From: an uncultured virus (IMG/VR IMGVR_UViG_3300025916_000011)
Taxonomy: Duplodnaviria; Heunggongvirae; Uroviricota; Caudoviricetes
Direction: 5' to 3' (one strand)
Virus record (IMG/VR): IMGVR_UViG_3300025916_000011
DNA length: 64,000 bases
The notes under the pieces are model-generated. The model was not told the origin of the DNA. It did no database searches and was given only the letters and a program-made list of their open reading frames with translations. A program made the translations under genes and the position numbers. Within the stretch, counting starts at the first letter, position 1. Each line of letters begins with the position of its first letter. This document shows, in pieces, positions 1 to 8,934 of the stretch.

Positions 1-306
1 AAGAGCCGCAAGCCGTGACCTGCGAAGAGCCGCAAGCCGTGACCTGCGAAGAGCCGCAAGCCGTGACCTGCGAAGAGTCGCAAGCCCTGACCTGCGAAGA
101 GCCGCAAGCCCTGACCTGCGAAGAGCCGTAAGCCGTGACCTGCGAAGAGTCGCAAGCCGTGACCTGCGAAGAGTCGCAAGCCCTGACCTGCGAAGAGCCG
201 TAAGCCGTGACCTGCGAAGAGTCGCAAGCCGTGACCTGCGAAGAGCCGCAAGCCGTGACCTGCGAAGAGCCGCAAGCCGTGACCTGCGAAGAGCCGTAAG
301 CCGTGA
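1..306. repeat. 24-bp tandem repeat (about 12.5 copies visible) encoding 8-aa units SSQV[T/R]A[C/Y][G/D]
   Basis: Unit aagagccgcaagccgtgacctgcg repeated head-to-tail with three variable positions; open on the minus strand. Confidence 0.95.
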
Positions 307-394
307 ATACTCCGGCCCTGACAACTGCGATATTCCCATCAGCGCAAGCCTTCTCTAATTCGGCTTGTGTCTTTACTTCAATCTCTTTTTTCAC
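1..394 (-). CDS. Octapeptide-repeat (beta-solenoid-like) phage protein, runs off the window edge; absent from the ORF track
   Basis: GGAGG SD then GTG at 394; MKKEIEVKTQAELEKACADGNIAVVRAGVFTAYG followed by SSQVTACG repeats. Confidence 0.85.
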   Translation of the reverse strand, partial: MKKEIEVKTQAELEKACADGNIAVVRAGVFTAYGSSQVTACGSSQVTACGSSQVTACDSSQVTAYGSSQVRACDSSQVTACDSSQVTAYGSSQVRACGSSQVRACDSSQVTACGSSQVTACGSSQVTACGS

Positions 395-396
395 TT

Positions 397-492
397 TCAA
401 TCCTCCGAATCGGCAAGGATGATCCACATGAAAAGCATTCCCGCCATAAACGCCACTACGAGAGAAGCAGGGATCAGCAGCGCATCTAGCAC
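397..492 (-). CDS. 31-aa single-pass membrane peptide
   Basis: MLDALLIPASLVVAFMAGMLFMWIILADSED; exactly fills the gap between neighbouring minus-strand genes. Confidence 0.55.
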   Translation of the reverse strand: MLDALLIPASLVVAFMAGMLFMWIILADSED

Positions 493-686
493 AGGTTTAC
501 CTCGTCCCGTAGAACTCGAATCACTTCAGCCCATTTCTTCTCATCTGAATCTTTGTCTGCATACATGAACTGGATTCGCGCCAGACCAATGGCTTGCTCC
601 AGTTCGTCGTTGCAGTTGTCTAAGAGGAACATCGCTTGTGGCGCTGCTCCGTCGAAGATTGGGCGATCTAGCGTCAGGTCGGTCAT
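486..686 (-). CDS. Hypothetical protein
   Basis: ATGA overlap with 683..865; operon context. Confidence 0.7.
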   Translation of the reverse strand: MTDLTLDRPIFDGAAPQAMFLLDNCNDELEQAIGLARIQFMYADKDSDEKKWAEVIRVLRDEVNLC

Positions 687-865
687 TTCATTTCCAGATA
701 TTCCTTGCGAACTTCCTTCAGCCGCTCGATGATTTGAGCCTGGTCAACGTCCTTCCAATCGAGCATTTCGACGAGTCCGCAAAATTGGCCGACAACCTCT
801 GCGCGCTTCAGTTCCGCACGCATCACAGCATCGGTCAGGTCGGAGATTAGGGTTCCTGAGTACAT
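683..865 (-). CDS. Hypothetical protein
   Basis: Abuts 866..1132. Confidence 0.7.
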   Translation of the reverse strand: MYSGTLISDLTDAVMRAELKRAEVVGQFCGLVEMLDWKDVDQAQIIERLKEVRKEYLEMK

Positions 866-1132
866 TTAGAACCTTGCCTTCCTGCGCTCCAAACGATTGA
901 TGGCTCGGGCTGTGCGGCGGCGCATTCGCTCCTGCTGTGCGTGCAGATCGGCGGCGTGCTTGAAAAGCCACTCAAAGCTAAAGCCATAGCGTTGCCGCGT
1001 TCCTGCGAGTCGCGTGCTGGCGTGAAAGCCATTCTCGACTTCGATTACTATCGACCGTAGCTTCCCGCGATACCTCAACTCTGAATCAGTCACGAAGCTG
1101 AGCTTGGTCTTGCGCTGGCTTAATTTCGTCAT
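866..1132 (-). CDS. Basic hypothetical protein, first gene of the leftward operon
   Basis: GAGG SD, ATG start, downstream of a sigma70-like promoter. Confidence 0.75.
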   Translation of the reverse strand: MTKLSQRKTKLSFVTDSELRYRGKLRSIVIEVENGFHASTRLAGTRQRYGFSFEWLFKHAADLHAQQERMRRRTARAINRLERRKARF

Positions 1133-1184
1133 CTGGCAGCCTCTCTATGCACTGCACTATCGGTGGTGCGCGAGTACGATTGCA

Positions 1185-1214
1185 ACTCTACCCCCGAGGG
1201 TAGCGGGCTGTCAA
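1185..1214 (-). promoter_or_regulatory. Leftward sigma70-like promoter TTGACA-N18-TAGAGT
   Basis: Read directly on the minus strand; overlapped by the palindrome at 1188-1203. Confidence 0.6.
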
Positions 1215-1324
1215 GCGGAATCTTTTGCTACGCCTAAAAGTAGGTAAATCCCGCACCAGTAAAGGGTTCTAGCCCGATGGTAACTGAGCGCGAAAAACAC
1301 GTTTTGCACAACCTCTGAGGGTAG
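1188..1324. promoter_or_regulatory. Three 16-bp operator-like sites C[T/A]AC-N8-GTAG at 1188-1203, 1228-1243 and 1309-1324
   Basis: CTACCCCCGAGGGTAG, CTACGCCTAAAAGTAG and CAACCTCTGAGGGTAG lie in the divergent intergenic region. Confidence 0.65.
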
Positions 1325-1346
1325 GCATGGTACATTCCACTTGAAC

Positions 1347-1520
1347 ATGACAGCCCCCAAGAGTCGTTCGGCCTATCAGTTGGAATATCAGCGAGAACTT
1401 CAGAAGGAAGGCCGTTGCGTCAGTTGTGGCAAGAAGCGCGGTCGGAGCAAGAGCAAGCGATTCTGCAGAGTCTGTCACGAAGCAGTGAAGGCGCGGGATC
1501 GGGAGCGGAAGAAGCGATGA
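1347..1520 (+). CDS. 57-aa basic zinc-finger protein (CVSC...CRVC), first rightward gene; absent from the ORF track
   Basis: MTAPKSRSAYQLEYQRELQKEGRCVSCGKKRGRSKSKRFCRVCHEAVKARDRERKKR; ATGA-coupled to the next gene. Confidence 0.75.
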   Translation: MTAPKSRSAYQLEYQRELQKEGRCVSCGKKRGRSKSKRFCRVCHEAVKARDRERKKR

Positions 1521-1714
1521 ACCTAGCCCTTGAAATCCAGTGCCAGTTGTGGGTTCGGAGGTTTCAATCCCGCTACGGTTACCTACCCACGATTATCTGG
1601 GTGGATGGTTTCTGGTGGGCAGAGATGTACGCAGAAGTTGTGCGGTTTCCCTACTACATGCCAGCAGGAGTAAAGGGCATCACTTGTTACGGAATTCCGG
1701 TGTACCAACGATGA
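1517..1714 (+). CDS. Hypothetical protein
   Basis: ATGA overlaps at both ends. Confidence 0.65.
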   Translation: MNLALEIQCQLWVRRFQSRYGYLPTIIWVDGFWWAEMYAEVVRFPYYMPAGVKGITCYGIPVYQR

Positions 1715-2088
1715 GTCCCGTCAACCAACAGCTAGATAGCGCGTTCCCACTCGGCCACGGATTAGCCGCCGAGCAACTTGAACTTCTCTACAGCGCCAAG
1801 AACCCCGAGTCCTCGTTTTGGGCCTTCGATAAGAAGCATCCCTCGGTCTATCGCATGCTGGTGCATCTGGCGCGCGGACTGAAGAAGCAGGGATTCAAGA
1901 CCTACTCGATTGACGCACTATTCCATCGAATCAGATGGCACCACTACGTAAAGAGGAACCGCGGCCAAGAAGCATTCAAGCTGAACGACTGGTACACGAG
2001 CTTCTATGCGCGGCTGATCATGGCTCGCGAGCCGGATCTCGCAGACTTTTTCAGTATTAGAAGACAGCGCTCTAAGGCGAAGGGATAA
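1711..2088 (+). CDS. Conserved phage hypothetical protein
   Basis: RIRW...FKLN...[16 protein letters not shown] pattern familiar from phage early genes; ATGA start. Confidence 0.75.
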   Translation: MSPVNQQLDSAFPLGHGLAAEQLELLYSAKNPESSFWAFDKKHPSVYRMLVHLARGLKKQGFKTYSIDALFHRIRWHHYVKRNRGQEAFKLNDWYTSFYARLIMAREPDLADFFSIRRQRSKAKG

Positions 2089-2636
2089 TGCCAGCGTTCA
2101 AGGATGTTTCGGGTTGTGTGTTCGGACGGCTTACGGCCAGATGGCCCATAGGTCGGAGAACGCGCTGGCGGAACACTTCAGAGATTGTGTGGTTGTGCTC
2201 CTGCGAATGCGGAAATCTTCACCTTGCAACTATTCAACATTTGGGTCGCTCGCGCAGTTGCGGCTGTCTCGTGGTTGAGTTGATGCGCAATATCGGCATG
2301 GCGAATCTGAAGCATGGGCACGGGAAGGACGGCAGTAAGACTCCAGAGTATTGCTCGTGGCGAGCCATGCTAGACCGTTGCTACAACTCGAACCTGAAGA
2401 ACTTCGAATACTACGGTGGCCGCGGCATTTCCGTGTGCGAGAGATGGCGTGGCAGTTTCGAGGCTTTCCTTGAAGACATGGGTCCGCGCCCGAGTGGAAA
2501 GACCTTGGACCGGTGGCCCGACAATGACGGCAATTACGAGCCCGCAAACTGCCGATGGGCGACAAAGCTTGAGCAGATACACAACCGACGACCTTCGAAA
2601 AAATATAAGCAGCGGAGTAAGACGAAAGGAGCATAG
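2088..2636 (+). CDS. HNH homing endonuclease
   Basis: [57 protein letters not shown]. Confidence 0.9.
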   Translation: MPAFKDVSGCVFGRLTARWPIGRRTRWRNTSEIVWLCSCECGNLHLATIQHLGRSRSCGCLVVELMRNIGMANLKHGHGKDGSKTPEYCSWRAMLDRCYNSNLKNFEYYGGRGISVCERWRGSFEAFLEDMGPRPSGKTLDRWPDNDGNYEPANCRWATKLEQIHNRRPSKKYKQRSKTKGA

Positions 2637-2969
2637 ATGTTCGACGGACCAGTAGACGCAAACATCGGCAACATTTGCAACGGATCGGTGCCGGAACGCT
2701 TCGAGCACGAAATGAAGAAGATCCTTGCCAACATTGCTGATGTGAATACAGACCCAGAAGCCAAGCGGTGTTTGACTCTGGAATTCAAGATTGCCCCATC
2801 GCCTGACCGGAAATCCGCGGTGATCACGTTTGGGTGCAAGTCCAAGATTCCAGGGGCCACGGCTGTGTCCTCCTCGATTTTCTTCGCCAAGGGCCAGGCT
2901 TACACAGAAGACCCTCGCCAAGCTGCGTTGTTTGCGAAGGAGGCGCCGGCAACCCCAAAAGCTCAATAA
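2637..2969 (+). CDS. Conserved phage protein (often labelled replication terminator-like), partner of the next gene
   Basis: ERFEHEMKKILANIADVNTDPEAKRCLTLEFKIAP motif and gene pairing. Confidence 0.7.
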   Translation: MFDGPVDANIGNICNGSVPERFEHEMKKILANIADVNTDPEAKRCLTLEFKIAPSPDRKSAVITFGCKSKIPGATAVSSSIFFAKGQAYTEDPRQAALFAKEAPATPKAQ

Positions 2970-3090
2970 CAAGTTACCCCTAAACCTAAAACTAGCGGCA
3001 GTGGAGTGGTGGGCGAGGCATGGCATTGCGTCCTATCAGCCCTGATAAGTCCCATCACTCCTAAGCTGCACAACCGAAAGGACAATTCAC

Positions 3091-3843
3091 ATGGCAGAAG
3101 TCGAAAGAGAAGCCCTTGAATACTTGGTCGACGTCGGCAAGAAACTGGCCGAACCGATCGAGCGCGACTACGATGGCCGGCAATTCATCAACAAGGAACT
3201 GAAGCCGATGGAGCCGCCAGTAGTGACGGCCCTAAAGATCAGCACCCTTGGAAGCCTGATTGAACTCTGTGTCGGACAGTTCACCGACGAAGCCGCATTC
3301 GAGAAATTCGACTGCAAAACCCACATCGTTCACGTCGTCGATGAGGAGCACGTACAGGTCATCGGTGCATTCTCAAACGCCTGGGCCCGGCGCGAAGGAC
3401 TCATCCACTGCCAACTCGATTCCGCCATCGGATTCCGGTTCGGCCAATTCATGTCCCATGAAGACTTCTTTGTCGGCGTCCTGGCGCAGTTCACCCAGAC
3501 CGACGACAAGGACTACGTTCTTCGGATCGCCTCAAGCCTAACGACCGAGCGCGTAGTGACCTCAGACGACGATGGGATCTCACAGGGAGTCGGGCTCAAG
3601 GCAGGTGTCTCGCTCAAGACGCAGGAAACGCTACGGCCGAGGGTAAAACTCGCACCCTACCGGACCTTCCGCGAAGTCGCACAACCAGTCTCGGAATTCG
3701 TCTTCCGCGTGAAACAGAGCGGGGATGCAATGCCACTGCTGGCGCTATTTGAGGCGGACGGCGGCGCGTGGAAACTTGAGGCTCGGGACAACATCGCACG
3801 CTTCCTGAGCGCGGGAATCACAGGCGCAACGGTCGCAAGCTGA
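3091..3843 (+). CDS. Conserved phage protein (possibly DUF2303-related)
   Basis: DDGISQ...VKLAPYRTFREVAQPVSEFVFR...ALFEADGGAWKLEA. Confidence 0.8.
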   Translation: MAEVEREALEYLVDVGKKLAEPIERDYDGRQFINKELKPMEPPVVTALKISTLGSLIELCVGQFTDEAAFEKFDCKTHIVHVVDEEHVQVIGAFSNAWARREGLIHCQLDSAIGFRFGQFMSHEDFFVGVLAQFTQTDDKDYVLRIASSLTTERVVTSDDDGISQGVGLKAGVSLKTQETLRPRVKLAPYRTFREVAQPVSEFVFRVKQSGDAMPLLALFEADGGAWKLEARDNIARFLSAGITGATVAS

Positions 3844-3974
3844 TGAAATGCAAAAACCCCAAGTGTCCTCGCCTTCGCTTTCGGGACAAATCCAAGTGTC
3901 GGAGATGCCTGTTAGCGAACGCGAGGTACGCTGCGGCCAAACGGAAACTCTCAACTTTTCCACAAGAATCTTGA
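3843..3974 (+). CDS. 43-aa basic Cys-containing peptide
   Basis: TGATG coupling; MKCKNPKCPRLRFRDKSKCRRCLLANARY. Confidence 0.5.
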   Translation: MKCKNPKCPRLRFRDKSKCRRCLLANARYAAAKRKLSTFPQES

Positions 3975-4133
3975 CTTCTATGGTCCAAAGTACAGCTTTT
4001 TACCTTGCGTAGTAAAGCAAAACCTGTATTGTGGAATCTACCTACAGCGTACCTGGGATGGCCGGTTGGTTTCCTCCACGAACCTTCCGGCCTTTTCCAG
4101 TGAAAGTAGGTCAGTCGTGGAGGCTGCTTCGTC

Positions 4134-4847
4134 TTGTCAGACAAATTGCCCTGGTTACCGTTCTACATAAGCGATTGGGAGAATGATCGGCGCGTCCGCG
4201 CGATGGGCCCGGTGGCGCGGAGCTACTACCTGACATTGCTCATCTGCCAGTGGCGCGAAGGTTCTCTCCCTGCCGACCGTAAGACTCTTCAAAGACTCTT
4301 AGTGCTACCTTGCGACCCTCTTCGCTCTGACTTGCAGCTTTCACTCAACTCTGACCCGCATCAGCGTATGGACGGCATCGACCACGATGCGGTTTTAGAT
4401 CAGGTGCTTGAGTGTTTCGATCTGACAGACGCAGGCGTCTTTGTGAACGCTCGCCTTAACTCTATAAGAGAACAGCAACTTAGAGTGGTAGAGGCGAAAT
4501 CCAGAGGGGGTAAGCAGTCTGCTAAGAGTGGTAAAGGAGTCTCGCAAGACTCTTCCAAGAGTGTCGGACAAAGACAGAGGGAGAGTCAGAGTCAAATAGA
4601 AACTAAAAATCAAAAGAGGGGGAAGCATCCCCTCCCCACTTATTCACAGAGTGATTTCGATGAACGAGACCTGCGCCGACTGGCAGATGCGCGCACCAAA
4701 GTTCGCGAACGGATAGAAGCGATCGTAGGCTGTGACCCGATAACCGAGCAGGAATTTATGACCGCGGTGCTTGAGGAATGTGGCCTGAAGGAAGCGCGGG
4801 TCCGCGAACTCGACAAAATGACGAAATGGACCGGAGCCACGGCATGA
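4134..4847 (+). CDS. YdaU/DUF1376-like replication initiator
   Basis: LPWLPFYISDW...YYLTLLICQWREGSLP...NARLNSIRE...KSRGGK. Confidence 0.8.
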   Translation: MSDKLPWLPFYISDWENDRRVRAMGPVARSYYLTLLICQWREGSLPADRKTLQRLLVLPCDPLRSDLQLSLNSDPHQRMDGIDHDAVLDQVLECFDLTDAGVFVNARLNSIREQQLRVVEAKSRGGKQSAKSGKGVSQDSSKSVGQRQRESQSQIETKNQKRGKHPLPTYSQSDFDERDLRRLADARTKVRERIEAIVGCDPITEQEFMTAVLEECGLKEARVRELDKMTKWTGATA

Positions 4848-5047
4848 ACCCCCACTTCGTACCCATCGGCTCCGGCCAAGCGTTAGCCTATAAAGTAACA
4901 ATCCGTCTGCGTCAAAGGTACTCCGAGTGGACGGTAGACCGTAGACCGAACGGGCCGGGGATACCGTACCTGCATTGGACCGACGACGGCGCGCGGGATG
5001 CGTATTGGCTCATTTGTGACACCTGCAGAATTCCAAGGGAGGCATAA
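4844..5047 (+). CDS. Hypothetical protein
   Basis: ATGA overlap. Confidence 0.55.
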   Translation: MNPHFVPIGSGQALAYKVTIRLRQRYSEWTVDRRPNGPGIPYLHWTDDGARDAYWLICDTCRIPREA

Positions 5048-5074
5048 ATGCTTTCAAATTAATACATTCTAGAG

Positions 5075-5389
5075 ATGTTCGTAAACAGCATCACACTACC
5101 CCCGGGCGTTCGTTGGGGACTTCCAGACCAGCATCCGATGGACACTCCAATTCTCGCGCAAACCTTCAGCAACGGTGGTGGGCCTACAGGAACCTACGTC
5201 ACCTACTTGCACATTCGGAACGGAACGCGAGTCTGGATCAACACGGTGAAGATCGAAGACGACGACGACCTAGGCGAGATCAAAGCAAACGTTCTAGCGG
5301 CCGCCGGTGACCTTGAGACCGAAGTGCTGAAAGACCGTAAAGCCGTGCAGGAGTTGGAAAATCTCTACTCTCGAGGAGAGCATCTGTGA
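5075..5389 (+). CDS. Hypothetical protein, probably leaderless
   Basis: TACATT 6 nt upstream of ATG; no SD. Confidence 0.7.
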   Translation: MFVNSITLPPGVRWGLPDQHPMDTPILAQTFSNGGGPTGTYVTYLHIRNGTRVWINTVKIEDDDDLGEIKANVLAAAGDLETEVLKDRKAVQELENLYSRGEHL

Positions 5390-5583
5390 AGCAAAAACAA
5401 GCAGAACGGGAGGTTGTATGCATCGGGATAATCCCACAGAGGCTTATTGTCGTCTGGAGCTTGACCCAGGCGCCGCGCTTAATCGGTGCAGGACCGAAGA
5501 AGCCTTCGCAGTGCTGCGCAACGAACTCCAGCGAATCGAAGAAGGCAATCGTGAAGGCGGCAGGAAACGCCGCAGGAAAGTAA
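5386..5583 (+). CDS. Hypothetical protein
   Basis: GTGA overlap with GAGGAG SD. Confidence 0.55.
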   Translation: MKQKQAEREVVCIGIIPQRLIVVWSLTQAPRLIGAGPKKPSQCCATNSSESKKAIVKAAGNAAGK

Positions 5584-5587
5584 CGAA

Positions 5588-5800
5588 ATGAGACGCGCTA
5601 AAGTCCGCTACTCCTGGAATCGAAACCATGAACCCTGTGGTGGAACAGGATGGGTAACTACGATGGGAACTTCGAGACTGGGCGGAAGGCCGATGGTGGG
5701 AGTGGAACGCTGCTCCTGCTGGTACAAAATCTCAGCCGATCCGCAGCCAAAGAAGCGTAATAAGCACCATGATGGAAAAGCGAGAGGAGCAGGAGAATGA
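5588..5800 (+). CDS. Small zinc-binding protein (DnaJ-zinc-like CGGTGW...RCSC)
   Basis: Motif; operon position. Confidence 0.6.
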   Translation: MRRAKVRYSWNRNHEPCGGTGWVTTMGTSRLGGRPMVGVERCSCWYKISADPQPKKRNKHHDGKARGAGE

Positions 5801-6039
5801 GGATTTACGGGTTTTTCTATGGAAGTATGATGCGGTTGGCGCACCGATTCAACTGGCACTATGCCCCGGCAATTGGCCCGCTCGAAGACAGCACCCCGAA
5901 GTACCAGAAGTACATGCGATGGTGCAAGTGGTGCGGTATGCGCGATACGTTCTATCGAATACCCGCCGTCGATGCTAAGGCGATATTCGGGAGAGAGCGG
6001 TTCCCTCCGACAAAAACGACCGTCCACGGAGACAGGTGA
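5797..6039 (+). CDS. Hypothetical protein with CKWC
   Basis: ATGA overlap, AGGAG SD. Confidence 0.6.
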   Translation: MRIYGFFYGSMMRLAHRFNWHYAPAIGPLEDSTPKYQKYMRWCKWCGMRDTFYRIPAVDAKAIFGRERFPPTKTTVHGDR

Positions 6040-6137
6040 CGGAGGGTAGGGACCCATCCCAAAACTGCCAGACGCGGAGCCTAACTTCATAGAATAAAAG
6101 GGGTAAAAAAGGTGTACTTAAGAGGGAATAGATAATT

Positions 6138-6884
6138 TTGAAAGCCTACTACGAGACTGCCGAGATCCAACTCTTTCACGGCTCATGCTTTGATGGTGTG
6201 GAGCACTTGGTTTTCCCGTGCCATTCGCTGATTATTGCCGATCCGCCCTACGAGCAAACGTCGCTTGCTTGGGATAAATGGCCGAAGCGCTGGCCTCGGA
6301 TGGCGACCGGATTCCTAGCTAACTCGATGTGGTGCTTTGGATCTCTGCGAATGTTCGCGGACAAGTGGGAGGAGTTCGCAGACTGGCAACTGTCTCAAGA
6401 CGTCATCTGGGAGAAGCACAACGGCTCATCGTTTCATGCGGACAGGTTCCGGCGCGTCCATGAGCAAGTGGCGCATTTCTATCGTGGACCGTGGGAGAAA
6501 ATCTACAAAGACGTGCCGACAACGCCAGACGCTACCAAGCGCACGCTCCGGCGGAAGCAACGGCCTACGCACATGGGGCATATCGAGGCTGGCGCATATG
6601 CATCACAAGACGGCGGCCCACTCCTAGAGCGCAGCGTGATATTCGAGCCATCCTGCCATGGCGAGGCTGTCAACGAGACCCAAAAACCCGTGCGCATACT
6701 CGAGCGGCTAATCCATTACGGGTGCCCGCCGGACGGCGTAGTTGTAGACCTGTTCTCAGGAAGCGGTACGGCGCTCGTGGCAGCCAAGCGACTCGGACGA
6801 CGCGCGGTGGGCTGGGAAATCCGCGAACAGCAATGCGAAGAGGCGGCCAAGCGTTTATCTCAGGAGGTACTCCAGTTTGGCTAA
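6138..6884 (+). CDS. DNA amino-methyltransferase (N6-A/N4-C, beta class)
   Basis: DPPY motif IV first, TQKP, then DLFSGSGT motif I. Confidence 0.92.
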   Translation: MKAYYETAEIQLFHGSCFDGVEHLVFPCHSLIIADPPYEQTSLAWDKWPKRWPRMATGFLANSMWCFGSLRMFADKWEEFADWQLSQDVIWEKHNGSSFHADRFRRVHEQVAHFYRGPWEKIYKDVPTTPDATKRTLRRKQRPTHMGHIEAGAYASQDGGPLLERSVIFEPSCHGEAVNETQKPVRILERLIHYGCPPDGVVVDLFSGSGTALVAAKRLGRRAVGWEIREQQCEEAAKRLSQEVLQFG

Positions 6885-7122
6885 AGAAAGCACTCCCAAG
6901 CCGACGCTTCGAGAACTCCTGACTGCCAGACAGTTCCAGATTGCGAAGCTGGTGGCGGAAGGCTACTCTGACAAGCAAATCGCTGCCGAACTGGAACTTG
7001 CTCAGGGTACAGTCTCTGTCATGGTCTATGCGGCCATGGATCGGGCAGATGTGACGAAGAGAGTATTATTGGCGACCCGCTATGCTTTGGAGAAAGACCG
7101 CGGCTACTACGAGGGAACCTAG
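6877..7122 (+). CDS. Stand-alone LuxR/GerE HTH regulator
   Basis: LTARQFQIAKLVAEGYSDKQIAAELELAQGTV. Confidence 0.85.
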   Translation: MAKESTPKPTLRELLTARQFQIAKLVAEGYSDKQIAAELELAQGTVSVMVYAAMDRADVTKRVLLATRYALEKDRGYYEGT

Positions 7123-7123
7123 C

Positions 7124-7597
7124 ATGGAGAACTCGCTGGTTCAGTTCAATAGCTATGATGCCGACTACGGGGATGGCCGGGGGCCGCTCACGGGAGTAGC
7201 GCGTCATGCCCAAGTTTACGCTGTAGGCGGTTTTACCTGTGACAAAGGCATTAGTTGCTTGGTGCGTGCTTTTTGGGATGCTGGGATGGAAACCCATGGC
7301 GGGTGCGAGAATTCCAATGTAGGCGAGGGGTTCCGTTCCTGGTACGTGCCTAGGGGCAAGATTATATTTTCCAGCCCCAAAGGTGTTTATCACCTGCTCG
7401 ATTTTTGTTTATTCCTAAAGACAAACATGCGGGATGGAGGTTGGAGTCAACAATTGGTCTTGGACAACCATGCAATTCCGAACGATCCGTTCGCGCAAAT
7501 AACCTTCACATGGAAAGCGCAGCAGGAGTTGACAGAGGTTGTGCGGGCATTGACTCGCCGTATGCGGTACGGCGATAGTGCCCGTATAAGAACCTAG
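7124..7597 (+). CDS. Hypothetical protein
   Basis: ATG directly after the LuxR stop with GAGGG SD. Confidence 0.6.
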   Translation: MENSLVQFNSYDADYGDGRGPLTGVARHAQVYAVGGFTCDKGISCLVRAFWDAGMETHGGCENSNVGEGFRSWYVPRGKIIFSSPKGVYHLLDFCLFLKTNMRDGGWSQQLVLDNHAIPNDPFAQITFTWKAQQELTEVVRALTRRMRYGDSARIRT

Positions 7598-7821
7598 GCC
7601 GCCCTCTGCATCCAGACCGAACTCTGCTCCGTCTCCCGCAAGTCCTGAAACCTCTCCGGATCCTCGAGCGCCCAAGCGATTACAGGCCGAATCTGAGGTT
7701 GGACCCCATCCAAGTACACCGTGAACCAGAACGCCACGCTACGGGAGCGGAAACGAGCGGATAAGCCATTTCGTGCGGCGTCGGACTGAAGAGTTTGAAG
7801 CCAGGTCACCACGTCGAGCAT
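7594..7821 (-). CDS. Hypothetical protein, divergent from the late region
   Basis: AGGTAGGA SD; convergent stop overlap. Confidence 0.55.
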   Translation of the reverse strand: MLDVVTWLQTLQSDAARNGLSARFRSRSVAFWFTVYLDGVQPQIRPVIAWALEDPERFQDLRETEQSSVWMQRAA

Positions 7822-7994
7822 TGCGAAATCCTACCTGTTGAGATAAAAACCGTCTGTGCTGTTTTGCACAACTGTATGTATTTTTGCTATTACGTGGCAT
7901 CCGGTTAATCCTGTAGTACGTAAGAGTACCCCGTACCATAGCTGTAGCCACCTTCGCGGCCGAATAGAGCGATTCCTTAGAATGGGGCTGATCC

Positions 7995-8306
7995 TTGGCG
8001 AAAACAGCAGTTCTCGACAGCAGCGGTCGGCTCGTAAAATGGTGTTTCAAGAAAGAAGCGATAAGGCTTCTGATAGATGGATTCGCAGAACCAATCCGAC
8101 ATCCTGAATTCAGAAACCCGTGTCTCCGCCTGTTTCGTGGAATGCCAAGGAAAAAACAAGCGTTGAAGAGTACGCAGGGTGAAGTCTACGAAGCTGCGGC
8201 GATTGAGAAATACCCCATCATCTTCCTCGGTGGGCTTGTAAGAACCGAAACTAAGCCGGCGAAAATCAAGGCTTTCTCCGGTGCAAAAGTCGGACATCAG
8301 CCCTAA
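7995..8306 (+). CDS. Basic hypothetical protein
   Basis: First ORF after the AT-richer spacer 7822-7994. Confidence 0.6.
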   Translation: MAKTAVLDSSGRLVKWCFKKEAIRLLIDGFAEPIRHPEFRNPCLRLFRGMPRKKQALKSTQGEVYEAAAIEKYPIIFLGGLVRTETKPAKIKAFSGAKVGHQP

Positions 8307-8311
8307 TCCCC

Positions 8312-8701
8312 ATGAAAATTAGAGTGTTTTCAGCAGACGCAAACCCCCGCGTCGACGCTCCCCTATGTCGCAAATCTCTGTCTTATGTGAGCACGGAGAT
8401 TCAAACCGGCCGTATGGTCATGCTGAATGCAAAAGAGGCTCAGTGCGTATCCCGCCGACCACTGAGCGAACTCACAGCCGAAGAATTAGTCTCTGCCGCG
8501 CACGAAACAGCCTGCAATTCAGCTATTTCCAACAAAGAGATGGAAGCCAACGCAGGCATAGCGGAGACACAGGGAGCCGTGCTACGTGCCCAGGTAAAGA
8601 TCAAGGCGTGGATGTCGCCGCTCACTGCAGACGAACGCGCGCCCCTGCCCCGCGGCAAGTGGTACGACTCAAGTCGGATTCAAGTCGTTGTTGTCCAGTA
8701 A
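8312..8701 (+). CDS. Hypothetical protein
   Basis: Operon packing. Confidence 0.7.
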   Translation: MKIRVFSADANPRVDAPLCRKSLSYVSTEIQTGRMVMLNAKEAQCVSRRPLSELTAEELVSAAHETACNSAISNKEMEANAGIAETQGAVLRAQVKIKAWMSPLTADERAPLPRGKWYDSSRIQVVVVQ

Positions 8702-8703
8702 AC

Positions 8704-8934
8704 ATGACCCACTGGCAAGAAGCCGGATTGGTGGTCGGCTCTGTGCTGCTATTTGCAGCTGGGTGCTACGTCTGGAACCGGATCCCCGTCCTGCAATGTC
8801 CCAACTGCGAAAAATATCTACTCGAAGAGGACATTGAACTCCAAGTGATGGGAACCAATGGCGAAGACCGGGAGTACGCGACGTGCCCAACCTGCGAATA
8901 CCAGTGGATGCTGGAGAAAGTTGCGGAGCGATGA
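8704..8934 (+). CDS. Small membrane-anchored zinc-ribbon protein
   Basis: TM segment then CPNC...CPTC; ATGA-coupled to the fibre gene. Confidence 0.65.
   Translation: MTHWQEAGLVVGSVLLFAAGCYVWNRIPVLQCPNCEKYLLEEDIELQVMGTNGEDREYATCPTCEYQWMLEKVAER

Noticed and set aside
1..306. CRISPR array
   Set aside because: Units are contiguous with no unique spacers, 24 bp is a codon multiple inside an ORF, and no cas genes are present
8883..8930. Longer N-termini given by the track for 8883, 20811 and 25820
   Set aside because: Downstream ATGs at 8931, 20847 and 25919 have SD or ATGA coupling and expose clean signal peptides
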